A stretch of 63,296 nucleotides of DNA, the filler included, from Choristocarpus tenellus KU-1152 (taxonomy: Eukaryota > Protista > Phaeophyceae), in NCBI GenBank assembly GCA_964200185.2. It is 10 parts of 10 records of this genome, joined end to end, with 100 filler letters (N's around TTAATTAATTAA, not from the genome) between each part and the next. Parts side by side here need not be neighbours in the genome. Positions count along the whole stretch, not along the records: positions 50,650 to 55,502 come from CAXNAD020012790.1; positions 55,603 to 58,541 come from CAXNAD020023509.1; positions 58,642 to 63,296 come from CAXNAD020013609.1; 7 more parts are not named here. One strand, 5' to 3'. Numbering within the stretch: position 1 is the stretch's first letter; the number at the start of each line of letters is the position of its first letter. This document shows positions 52,111 to 63,296 of this stretch, piece by piece. Under the pieces are notes generated by a model that did not search any database, had not been told where the DNA came from, and worked only from the letters and a program-made list of their open reading frames with translations. A program made the position numbers and the translations under genes.

Positions 52111-53274
52111 TGTGAACTCTCCCTGGGATAAAGCAAAAGACCGATAATATCCACTACGGAAATCGACACAGTGAGTCAAAGTAAATAAGAGGTACCCAGA
52201 GTTGCATTTAAAGGATGCTTACAAATGTGTACAAATTCGTTTGTTTTTACAAATGCATGTAGGATTTTTTCTGAACTCCGTTGAAAAGTTTCAAGCAATA
52301 AATAAATCAGCGCTATCAAATCAAACTTAGCACTTCATCCATAGAAATACGGGTGAATTACAATAGATTAAAAATAACAGAAGGGGACCTTCTATTTTTG
52401 AAAGTGCATTCAGTTTTTGAAAACTCAAGACAGCCAAACACGTGCGTTAGGGTTTCGACAAATGGCAACGATATTCTAATCTTTACATCAACAAATACGG
52501 TTCAAACCACATCGTTCATTGATGCAACATGTTTGAAACGTACGAACACGAAAAGGTCACAAAAAATCATCTACTCTCTACCTCTTTTCAGTATGAAATC
52601 GTATGCTGGTCGATAATCGTATTTATTATAACACAATTCTCGACGGAAAGACGAATCTGAGTTTTGAAGACAGACCGACCAGATGAAATAAAGCAGCACC
52701 TCCATCCCTCAGTCTTCATTTCAATTCTTTCCCTTCTGTACATACCATTCAAAAAGGGGCCCTAAAAAGGTTGTATGACATTTACAAAAAATATATATGA
52801 GCACTTTCCGCGCACCATTTCGGTCAAACCCATCCTCCATGAAATGATCCATCCGCCATTATCATGATCCGCTGTTAAATGAACGGAAATTACTACACGA
52901 AATCGTCCGTGGAACATGTGGTCGTGCAGCGTAGGGCGGGTGTGGACAGACACCTCATGACCGTCTCAAGCGTCCAACCAACCATGAATGTGTAGTTCGA
53001 CCCTCATGGTCCGTGGTGAACGAAATTATGACGAGGAACAGGATTAATTTTATGTACTGAACAAAAACATTCTGACAACCTTTGCTTCAATTGCCCGCCT
53101 TGAACCCTGGCGATTGGGGTCGTTACGCAACATACCCTTGTATTTCCTTCTTAGAACAGTGTATGAGAGGTGATATCCGAGAGTGATGTTCCGTGGATGG
53201 GGATGTCGAAGTTACTGTTGTACCATGACAATACCAATGCATTGAGTTGTCGTTTTTCAAATCAATACCAGGAG

Positions 53275-53308
53275 TAGGGTTAAGGTTAGGGTTAGGGTTA
53301 GGGTTAGG
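53275..53308 (+). repeat. Interstitial telomere-like (TTAGGG)n
   Basis: tagggttaaggttagggttagggttagggttagg. Confidence 0.85.
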
Positions 53309-55428
53309 TCTTCAATTTCACCCCTCTCATCAGTTAACAAACTACATATATTTTTGTTGTTTTTGAATTGCAATATTCAAAATATCACCATTTATTTATT
53401 AGCATATTCTACTATTCAATATAATAGTTACACAAGTTGACACACATTTCATTTGTCATCTCTCCACTCCCATAACAAAGAAAAGTAGATTTGTGTCACG
53501 TGAAAGTGTTAATGCCTTCCAAAACCACCACTTCCTAACTCAAAAAAGTGTAGGACCTCAACACACAAGACCAGCAACAAGTGACTATCATACCAACTTT
53601 TCTTGGTTAAACCGCTACCGCCTTAGATTGCGTTTTTCCTTCCCGAGTGGTCTCAGGCTCTTTTTTGTTGGAGAATTGTGATACCCTTCTCCTTTCCTAC
53701 TCGTACGATATAAAATCTTTCACTAGCTATGGATGAGAAAGGGGTCTGTCTAGCTGTGTATCCATGCGAGCAGTGCAAGGGGTCCAAGGTGGGATATACT
53801 TTATTCGTACGCTGTCGTTATGAACTTGTTAATGGCATTCTGTGCTTCGCCTGAGCTCGTATTGTTTCCTCAATTTAGGCGGGATGGGTTTTGCCGTTTT
53901 GCAATGGTCGTCTGATTTCGGCTACCCGAAGCACTCTCCAGACTTTTCCTTTGCGATAAACTTACTCCCTTGTTCCTCATAATGACTGAAGATGTCCCGG
54001 AGATCATCTTCGCCAAGAGGGAAGTGTACGGCAGGATCGGTGGTGCTAAACAGTTCGGTGGATTGACTAGAGCTGTCAACCCCATAGCAAAACCACCTAG
54101 CCTACTTTAGATCATGGGCTTATGGGGGTCATTAGGGACATGCCACGACTTCGGATTACTTAGAGAAGATTTTTTGTGAGCCGTTTTTTGTTGGCGACGT
54201 CAAGAGTAGAACAACACCGTAATGTTCCCCCTCACTGTTTTATTTGTACGTATATCTGCTGGTGTTTTGCATGTGTCTGTAGAGTGGCATCAAGGCGTGT
54301 TTAAGTCGCCAGCACAATGCAAGACTCCAAGGTGTAACTAAGAAGACGATGACGTCGCGCTTTAGACAGTGCATAAAGCCTTTCCAGGTGAGATGTAGGT
54401 GTGCTGGGGTTTTCGTGCCAAACCGAATCACTGATCACTCTCACCCTCTACTTTTTATTTCGTTATTTTGATCGTGCAGCTCCTGCCGAAGAAGAGGTAG
54501 CACTTTTTGCTAGTCGAAGTTGTCACACCAATCGATAAGCGCTCTCGTAGTTCTTTTGCCTTTGGTTCAGAAACAAGCAAGTGCATTGGAGATATTCAAC
54601 TCACTCGCATGCGCGTCATCGTGTGCTGTAATTGTGCTGTTCCCAAGGACCTCACTATATACAAGCTAGTTGATCATGAGACTGGTCAAGAGAGTGTCGA
54701 ATTCGCACCCAGCATGGTGTTTCAAGTGCCATGCAAAGCATGTCAGAATCTGAAAAACTGCATATCTGCTGGGCACAAACTTGTTGACTGGACTGTCCCC
54801 AAAACATCTGGAGGACAGGTGAGTAATAAGGGGTAGGTGAGATAGCGAAGGGTGTAATGTCTATCCTTCTCTATTTCAAAAAACTAACTGTTTGTGCTGC
54901 AGTCAGATGCAAACTGACCTTTCCCTAAGCACAGCTTTTCATCACACACTTTACTCACATCTCCCAGAAGGTAGAAGCATATGCCAAGAGTACCCTTCAT
55001 TCACCTCTTACCCCAAGACCCCGCCTTGCTTCCTCCTAACGAAAGAAAGGACCTTGCCACCACCACTCCATCTCTGCAGCCAAGCACAAAGCCATGTTCA
55101 TAGGGCCACCCGTAGGAGCAGTGGTTGTGGTTGTGCCCTCTTCCTGCCCTGGTCCTCTCCTACTCCCTCTCACCCCATCATGTGTAAACCTGGTGCTCTC
55201 TCTTTTGCATTCTCTCTCTGAAAATGAAAATTTTGAAACCTTGGCCTCTGATGCACCAACAGAAGCGCAAGATTTCATCAGCCTCATCTGACGACGAGGA
55301 ATCCCCTGAGTCAAGGTCTTCCAGTCTAATAGCTTCTCATGTAAGTGTGTGAATGCACAGTATATTTGTTTTAGTACGTGAGTTGTTCCCACTGTGAACT
55401 TAGTCACACAGCTCATTACTCCTTTTTT

Positions 55429-55459
<31 letters not shown>

Positions 55460-55602
55460 TGGGCTCGAAAGCTTCTATTATGATGTATCATTTTTTCTTC
55501 TTNNNNNNNNNNNNNNNNNNNNNNNNNNNNNNNNNNNNNNNNNNNNTTAATTAATTAANNNNNNNNNNNNNNNNNNNNNNNNNNNNNNNNNNNNNNNNNN
55601 NN

Positions 55603-58541
55603 GTCCCTCTTTTGTTCTTGTCTCGGAATTGGTTGACACCCTCGTCGATCACGTCCTCTGTTATGTACGACCCTGGTTGAGGGGGGGTACATATTCTTCG
55701 CCATCATCCGGGAGGTAGGATATTGAGTAAATGTACGCCTCTGAAACATCTACATGAACATCGCTGACCTTTCCCTGTACGATTGACCCCCCACTCGCGC
55801 GTATGATGAAGCTGGTTCCTCAATCGAATCTGGCTTCGGGCGTGTCCCCAAGTCTGAGTTGCCTAGAGAAGCGAGCAGGTATCCCACCGAGGAATTGCCG
55901 GTTGGATTCCGAGGCGAACCTCTGGTATTGACCAGGCAGGATCCTGAATGTGTTGTACAGGTGGTTGTGGTCGATGTCTGTGAAGTCTGGGACGATGATA
56001 GCCTGAAGGGGCCCGACCCGGGGGCCCGGTTGTGCGTCCTGCATCGCCACAAACATGTTCGTTGCAGGGGCTGTGTCGGTGTGTAGGACAATTGGAATGT
56101 GTTTGCGCGTGATGGCCTGGTTTAGCTTTATGAGGGGTGTTGTTTGTTTGTTTGTTTTTGAGAAACACGGATAGTTTTATATGGATGATTGAGGATACAC
56201 TTAGGCAGCGAAACGAACGTATGGGACGCGTTTATTCGCCCTACGTAAGTTGTGAAATATTGCTTGAAAGGTGTCAGTGGCGGTTGCAAGTTGGGAGAAC
56301 AAAATGACACTGGTTTGGATGCCAGGGTTTGACGTTATGGGGGAGGAATTCTTTGTTGGTTAGAGGGGATAAGATGGGATATATGTGACATGTGTATAGG
56401 GACAGAGTGGATTCATTCGTGTGCGGCATTGTTTTGTGTTGGAAGCAATAAGAAGCGTTACCCACCTTGTCCGTCCGTGACATGTGGACAGTTGGCACGC
56501 CATCAAAGAAGCTGGCAATCAGCACATCGAAGTCTTCAGTGACAAAGACGATCTCATCTCCAGCACTGAACATCCCTCCGTAGCTGGAGTGGTGTCTGGC
56601 ATTCCATTGAATCGTGTCCTTGCGGTGGACAGTGAACGGCAAGAACTCTATATCATTGTACTCCGATTACTGCGTCCGCACAATGCATATGTTCCCCTCA
56701 GTGAGCTGTCTCTTCTTCGTGGACAGCTGAATTCTCAGATACATATCACCTGTTCCCGCTTCGGTGGAAAATCCGAGGTCTATTTGCTTGAGTTGGGGCA
56801 CGTGGATTTGTTGCCACCTGCATTGGGCGAGGTTGCCAATGGAACAGTTCGTGCAGTAGCACGACAGTTCGGTGTATACCAATGTACGGGAGCCGCCGGG
56901 TGTGAACTGACCAGTGAAGAACCTGTGCATGGACTTGATTCCACTGAGGTTCGGGACACGTGGGTCGTGTCGTCCCGCACGGTCAATCTTGTAAGACGGA
57001 AGGTGGACTATCTCCTGTGTTCCGAACGTGTCAATGTGTAGAAGATTTGTGTATTGTGTATGTGTTACTGTGCTGTCTGCCATCCCTGTCCATCCAATCC
57101 TAAGAGTTGTAGTGATTCGGCGTATGAGGGGAAGGACGGTTAGTGATGGAGTTAGCGTCGGCACCGAGACATTGTGCTGTGACCGCTTCTATGTGATTGA
57201 ATATTTCCTTTGTATTGATAAGTGATACCTCTATCGCAGTAAGAAGGGTTTAGTAAGGACGGATGGGGATGTGTGATGACACCCAGAACCTGGAGTTTCT
57301 TTTGGTTAGTTTTTGCCAACTGGCGGACTAACGAGAAATAGAGTGTTGTGGTTGCAAGACTGCATGGACTTTGTGCGGTCGCTTGACGACCACGCTATGA
57401 GCGATCATACTGTGACCCGTGTTGTCGGCATGAAGGGAAGGCACGGGTGTGACATAATGTGTGGACCAAATCTGTTGTTGCCTTGGTAAAATATATGTGT
57501 TAGCAAGGGACTCGTGGGTGTAGAGTGTCGCAAGTTGCAAACAGGTATCAATTGTTGTGATTGGGGAAAATCATACACGTGAGAGGGTGCATCTGTCCAT
57601 GTAGCGTACGCAGTATATGTGGCCGACATTGTAACGTGAAAGGAAACAAAAACTTGGAGTTTAGTGTTGGTTTACCGATTGACAGACTCATTCCAAATCA
57701 AGGTCGGTGGTTGCAAGTGTGCACGGACGGTGTGCGGTTCATGAAAAGATGCGTGTGTGTACTTATCATGTGATATATGGTGTCAACGCGAAGGAAGGTG
57801 TGGATGTGACATAATGGGTGAACGATGTGTATTGCTTGTTTAGTGTATGATTTATGAAGGAGCGGAAAAGTTCCAGATCGATGCGAGTAGCAAGGATGGA
57901 TCAGGTCCAGGGGGGCGGGGAGAATCGTGTATGTAGTGTATGTGGTATGTGTTCCTCTTACAAGCGATGGGTATATTGTCGACGTTGGTGAGGGGAAGAA
58001 AAGAGAAAGTCGTAATTTTTTCTCGAGTTTACCGATTGGCAGACTTCTAGAAGAAAAGGCGGTGATGGTTGTAGGTGTGTATGGAAAATCTGTGCAGTCT
58101 TTTCATAAGTGCCGATTGTGTTATCTTCCCGCGACGCATCGTGTTGATGTGAAGGGAGTGACGGGTGTGGCATAAGTTCCAACGATATATATGTGGCGTA
58201 CTTGTTGTATACGTGTGCGAGGGGTGTACGTGTCGGGGTTGAAGCCACCAGTGGCAAACAGAGGCGGAATTTGTGGGTGGAGGGGGGAGGAGGGTCGTCG
58301 TGTTCAGTGTGCCTACCTTTGTGACGATTGTCTCTCGGGAGGAACCTTGTGACCTTTGCGATAGCGCCACTCTTGCTCTGGTGTCGGATCCCTCAAGGTG
58401 TACTGAGTTTTGGTTGCCTTGATAGTATTCACTAGATATGAGGTTCCCGGCATGCGCACTCCGTGCAGTTCCAGTCTCCTGGCGGCAGACTTCACCACAG
58501 CCCCGACTCCATCGGACAAGGATTTCCCGTGACATGAGGCA
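55603..58541 (-). mobile_element. Degenerate DNA-transposon coding region, possibly Sola-like
   Basis: LSGIKSMHRFF...TLVYTELSCYCTNCSIGNLAQC resembles the G...H......LSCxCxxC...C C-terminal motif of Sola-type transposases. Many stops; catalytic motifs not clearly recovered. Confidence 0.4.
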
Positions 58542-61014
58542 NNNNNNNNNNNNNNNNNNNNNNNNNNNNNNNNNNNNNNNNNNNNTTAATTAATTAANNN
58601 NNNNNNNNNNNNNNNNNNNNNNNNNNNNNNNNNNNNNNNNNGGGGGTAGGGGGATACAGGTAGTAAATAGATGGTTATTGGCTCAACTTCGAACATAGCT
58701 TGTTTTGGTGAAGATGAAAGGGGGTTTTTATTGGAGGGTGGCATTCTGTTTATGGAAAGATAAGGGGCGTGTAACAACATGATGCATTTCTTACAATTCA
58801 CCAACTTCGAGTCCACTTTCTAGAGGAGTATAATCCCCTCCTACCTTGCTTTCATTTCTAAGGTGATGTATGGGCTTGTTAGGATGGTTTCGGTGCATGC
58901 TCTCTTAGGGTCAGGGTTGTTGCTATGGTAGCTGTTGTGTGATGGGTCTTCTACTGCTCGAAGCTCTATGGTCATACCCAGGTGTTTTGGCTGAGAAGCT
59001 CTCTTCGTACTAGGCAAAATGAAGTCAGGCAAATGGAATATGGAGACTGGGGCGATTGAATTGCCATTGATGATCTGATTGCTCAGTTATTGCCTGGATC
59101 GGATATGCTTTTAGAAGGGGGGCGGATTGACATCACAGGGATGGGCGAAGTCCGCCTCTACTAATGATGATGGTGCTCTAGAGTTCTCTAGTTGTTTTGA
59201 TGCTTTTTTTTTGTTTTTCAGTTACTTTCGTGTTCTGTCAAGGGGGTTTCAATCCTTGGCTGCAGTGTTTCCCAGTTTGAAAACAGGGGAGCTGGATCAC
59301 AAGCATGTTGAAGAGGTCAAAGCTGAAGCTGGGAAACTGTGGAGCAGTGCTTGTTGTCGGGGAGGGAGGGCTTATCTGGGTGGGGGAAGATGTGAACTGC
59401 CAATTTGCACATTTCGAACGGGCCTGAGGAAGACTTGCAGGGGGAGTGATGAGTGTTTGGGGATGGAGTTGCCTCATTTCCTAGCTCCTAAGAGGAGCGT
59501 AAATTTGACAAATGTACACGTGCTGTAATTGTGCGTGGGTCTGTGTGTCTGTGCAGCGAGTGGCAGATGGGACCAGATTACAGCTGTCTTAGAGATGCTG
59601 CATTCAGTAGTGCATGCGTGAATCACAGAAGTGCTTATATGTTGTAAAGCAGTATCAATTCAACATATCTTCCACATCCAATCCTATTTCCCATGCCATT
59701 GCCGACTGTTGGCTTGTCGTGGTCGTGCTATTGCCACCACGATGCTGCCACTATAATCAATCGTCAATCATCTCTTTATAGTGGCGGAAGGGGTGTAGTA
59801 TTTCGTTCTGGGTCGTCAATGTAATATGTTAATGCACCCTTTTATTGTATGTTGACGGGGTTTTATAATCATATCCCCTATCCCTCATACACAGACACTA
59901 TTATAGTATTAAACCTCGACAGTTACACCCCAGTTGGAAGTTTTTTTGTCCTCGGTCAGTATTCTTGATAGGAGGAGGACGCGGTAGTTAAGCTGAAACT
60001 AACTACTCCACGTGACCCACCTGAGGTTGGCTGATGTGACTCTGTGAAGAAGGATGAAAGAACTGTCCTTGAACAGTGAGCTTTGTTTGACTTGCTATGC
60101 TGACATTGTGCACATCCTTCTCCTGTGTTGCTGTTGGTAATGACAAAATACAGACTGCAGAAATTCTTGATCCTGGTGGAGTACTTCCTACACTTCACAT
60201 CGATTTTATGTGATTTTCCACGAAATCTCATACCTGCCAATGATTGATCCTGTTGGCAAGAGGGACAAGTCACATGCTGTGCTATGGTTACCTACCTGCC
60301 ACGATCATAGTGCTGGTGTATATGGTACTGTTTGTCAACGCACATCCTCTCATTGGTAAGCTCCTGCCTGTAGTAACTAGCTTGGAAGGTATCCATATTT
60401 CTAGTGGTGCTTCCTCTCTCCTGGGTATACTCCGAGGTTACACAGAGGTAAAAGAGGGAACAAAACAAGTAAATCCCATTAGGTTATTCGAAGCACGTAC
60501 GTAAATGAAATGTTTGATGCGAAGTGGCTACTTTGTTTCCTCTAGTTTCATACTAAAACGAATCTATTGTAATTACCATCTAGTTCTTACTATCAAGCAC
60601 ATGGCGTTTGTTCATTTTATGTGTAACATACAACTTATTATATTATGCTTCGAAGTAAATATTTAGTATTTCCAGTAAATTGTGAAACAGATGAAAACAA
60701 GCTGACAGGTTCTTCGCAATAATGAAGGGGAACGGGAAGACTCTCAGGAGGCAAGAAAATGGAGAGAGACAAGGCAAGGGGGAGAGCAATCCCTCAGAAG
60801 ATCACTCAGGAAAGAGTGAACAAGCAAAAAGTGAAAGAGGGGGGTTTGTAAGGTCGCCTCAAACCATGCGCTATTTACTTCAAGCACTTGTTCACTTCAA
60901 CATGTAGAAACAGATGTCATATGAACAACAGATCTTCACGGTAGATCACCAAAAAGGTATACCTTAGTTGGAAGATAGCTCTCACACAATGTTTATAATA
61001 TTTAGGGTGGAAAA

Positions 61015-61142
61015 CAGTGGGGATCTCCCAACTGGGAAATTTCACATACTCAGAGTAAGACATAATTTTTTTAGACCAGTGGGGATCTCCCAACTGGGAA
61101 ATTTCACATACTCAGAGTAAGACATAATTTTTTTAGACCAGT
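61015..61142. repeat. Perfect 62-bp tandem duplication
   Basis: Unit starting cagtggggatctcccaactggg at 61015 and 61077; cagt recurs at 61139. Confidence 0.95.
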
Positions 61143-61494
61143 GTGGATTATTGAAACCCATAGTGGAATTTCACAGAAATTGTTTTTTGGGGTCTTTGAG
61201 TTCTGTGGGACGGAACTGAAATGGATTTTTGTCATGCATACTCCAGTTTGTCGCTGGTTGGGAGCTTGTTGAAATATGGCCTAATCTCGTGCAGTGTTGG
61301 TGCCCCTTTCTACGATCTGTTGGCATTTAAGGTGTGTTGTAGTCCTGTCACTCAGTGACGATAATGATTCCTGTTGGCTTCTTTTGGTGTAACCCCGTAT
61401 GTTCTGTGTGAACCTGTAGTGTTTTCCAAGTAGCAGTACTATAACTACTACTACTAAGATTTACTACAACAATTACTACTACTACAACAACAAT

Positions 61495-61756
61495 GAGTGA
61501 AAGTATCTTAGAGGGTACGAGTTTTGACCTTTTTGTCCGTTTGGGGCTTGGCTTCCCACGGGGGTTTTAATTAATTTGACCTACTACTGCGAAACATTTT
61601 GGAGTAGGTAAAATGTTAATGTTATGAAAAGGTGTGTCTGGAACATGGATATTGACACTTCCTAACAACCACGATAGCCAAAATTACATTCATATCGCAA
61701 CATTAAACTTTAACTCTCAAACGGACGCGACTCTACACCCAAACGTACTTTGACGT
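61495..61756 (+). mobile_element. MITE family A, copy 8
   Basis: Left TIR intact, right TIR degenerate (tactttgacgt); flanks aat/aat. Confidence 0.9.
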
Positions 61757-63296
61757 AATATGTATGTGTCCCTATACATACATAAATAATACATATTCCT
61801 AGCGTTTATGTGCAAGCGCAAGAAGACGATCTATTATGTACGTTCATATACTACATACAGTGGAACTTCTTCAGACGGCGAAGAGTGTACCACGCGATGA
61901 TGTCATTCTACTCATCCCGCCTGTCGTCAATTATAGCTAGAAGACAGCAACTGATGATTGATAATATTTTCCTTGCATTGATGAGGGGACGAAAATTTGA
62001 AGGGCAAGAAAATTTACCCCATCCAACCAGTATGATGTGAAGAAAGACTGCCACCCTGTTCTACAAAATGATAGTACTACTATCCGTCGTAAGTGAAATA
62101 TTTTTCGATGCTCCGTCTCGTCGTGATGTTTTTCATTATGTAGGAGCCAGTTCGTCCAACGCCATACACGTACATACACACACACTATTGTGAGATTCTT
62201 GTACTAGAACCATGTGTCATATTGTTGCTGTTCCAAAGGACGATTGATTATTGCTACTACGAAATAATCAATGATTATTTCAAGTATGTATTTTTATACT
62301 TCAAGACATTTCGCATTTTGTAGGATGTTATAATGGGGAACAAAAGAAGCACCATAGTACAACATACAATGCGGTAGAGAATACAATGAACAGAACAGAA
62401 TGATGATCTAGGAGAGAAGTCAACCGTCACCCACACAGTGCTGATGTTATATGTTGTTTTCTTTACGCACGTCATTATGCATCCATGTCATCCTTTATAA
62501 AGTCTTGGTAGTAAAAATAATATTAATATGGGATAATGAGAAATACGTTTCGAATTATTAACCAGTATATTACAGTATTATACCCACTGACGAAGAACAT
62601 TAAATATATCATACTCTGTAACTAATCTCAAGAACATGTCAAGAAAACAAACACAACAATAAAATAGAAAAGGTGGATCATATAGAGGAACAGTTGTATT
62701 ATAGTCTATTCAAGAATGTAGTTTTTGAGATGTTGAATATTTATATACGTATTGTGTTGAAATCCGGCGCATGTATGACTGAAGCTCACATATCATACGT
62801 CCAAACTTCTACAGAGATATCGGAAGTGGTTTCGAAAATATCTTTTCCGTATGGGTTGGTCATACCTTGCATGCGAGAGGATACGCGCGATCAAGCTGAT
62901 CACGCGGCTGGTAGGGAGCACTCTGAAAATGTTTATTGATCGTGCGTTTTCATATATATATACACGTGTATGTGCATTAGCAATACTTGATTTGGCGCAT
63001 ATTATATGGATAATAAGATAATATTTCAAAGTTGCATGTACTGTTTTCTACATTTTGTGTTTCTTCTTTTTCCCTCACATGATGTTAGTGGGCATAGTAA
63101 TGTATGTGTGAATATACCTAGTGTGTACGAGGTATGAAATATTGTATTCAGTTAATAAGTTATTTATTTCTTGTCCATCATGTCCACACGATTGAGAATA
63201 ACACCAATATATACTATATACAGTGTAGAATTGGTCACAGCAAACAGCCTCTCAGCAAAATTGAGGATGAAGCATACAATGGAGGATGGGTTTGAC

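Noticed and set aside
56484-57041. 185-aa plus-strand ORF (likewise 3167..3586, 11104..11433 and 45416..45790)
   Set aside because: Antisense shadows of coding or transposase sequence on the opposite strand.
58642-59500. Possible gypsy RT relic on the minus strand
   Set aside because: No clear YxDD or other diagnostic motif recovered.
59960-60440. Candidate minus-strand exons (similar orphans at 18062-18289 + and 55036-55326 -)
   Set aside because: Splice-like signals exist but no consistent gene model or recognisable product.

Overview
Intron-rich, repeat-rich eukaryotic DNA. The organism is most likely a photosynthetic stramenopile, a brown alga or close relative (inferred from a signal/transit-peptide-like N-terminus, brown-algal-like LINE fragments and TTAGGG runs). 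The window is not contiguous: it is ten contigs joined by nine artificial 100-bp spacers (44 N + TTAATTAATTAA + 44 N). Hand splicing gives a complete 10-exon type-II LOG-family gene (333 aa), a putatively plastid-targeted CS/NudC-domain co-chaperone, a disrupted GH1 beta-glucosidase, a partial EF-hand-like gene and some orphan exons. The rest is mostly transposon debris: 8 copies of a ~255-bp MITE (GAG...CTC ends, 3-bp TSDs, internal hairpin), sister elements with the same TIR core, and Harbinger, MULE/FAR1, mariner, Sola-like, copia and LINE relics. Best leads: a possible composite transposon (two MITEs around a Harbinger transposase remnant, sharing an outer AAA duplication), frequent GC-AG introns, a spliced MULE derivative with its DNA-binding domain but no DDE core, and a CpG-deamination signature in the repeats. 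All family assignments are from motif recognition by eye; no searches were run.
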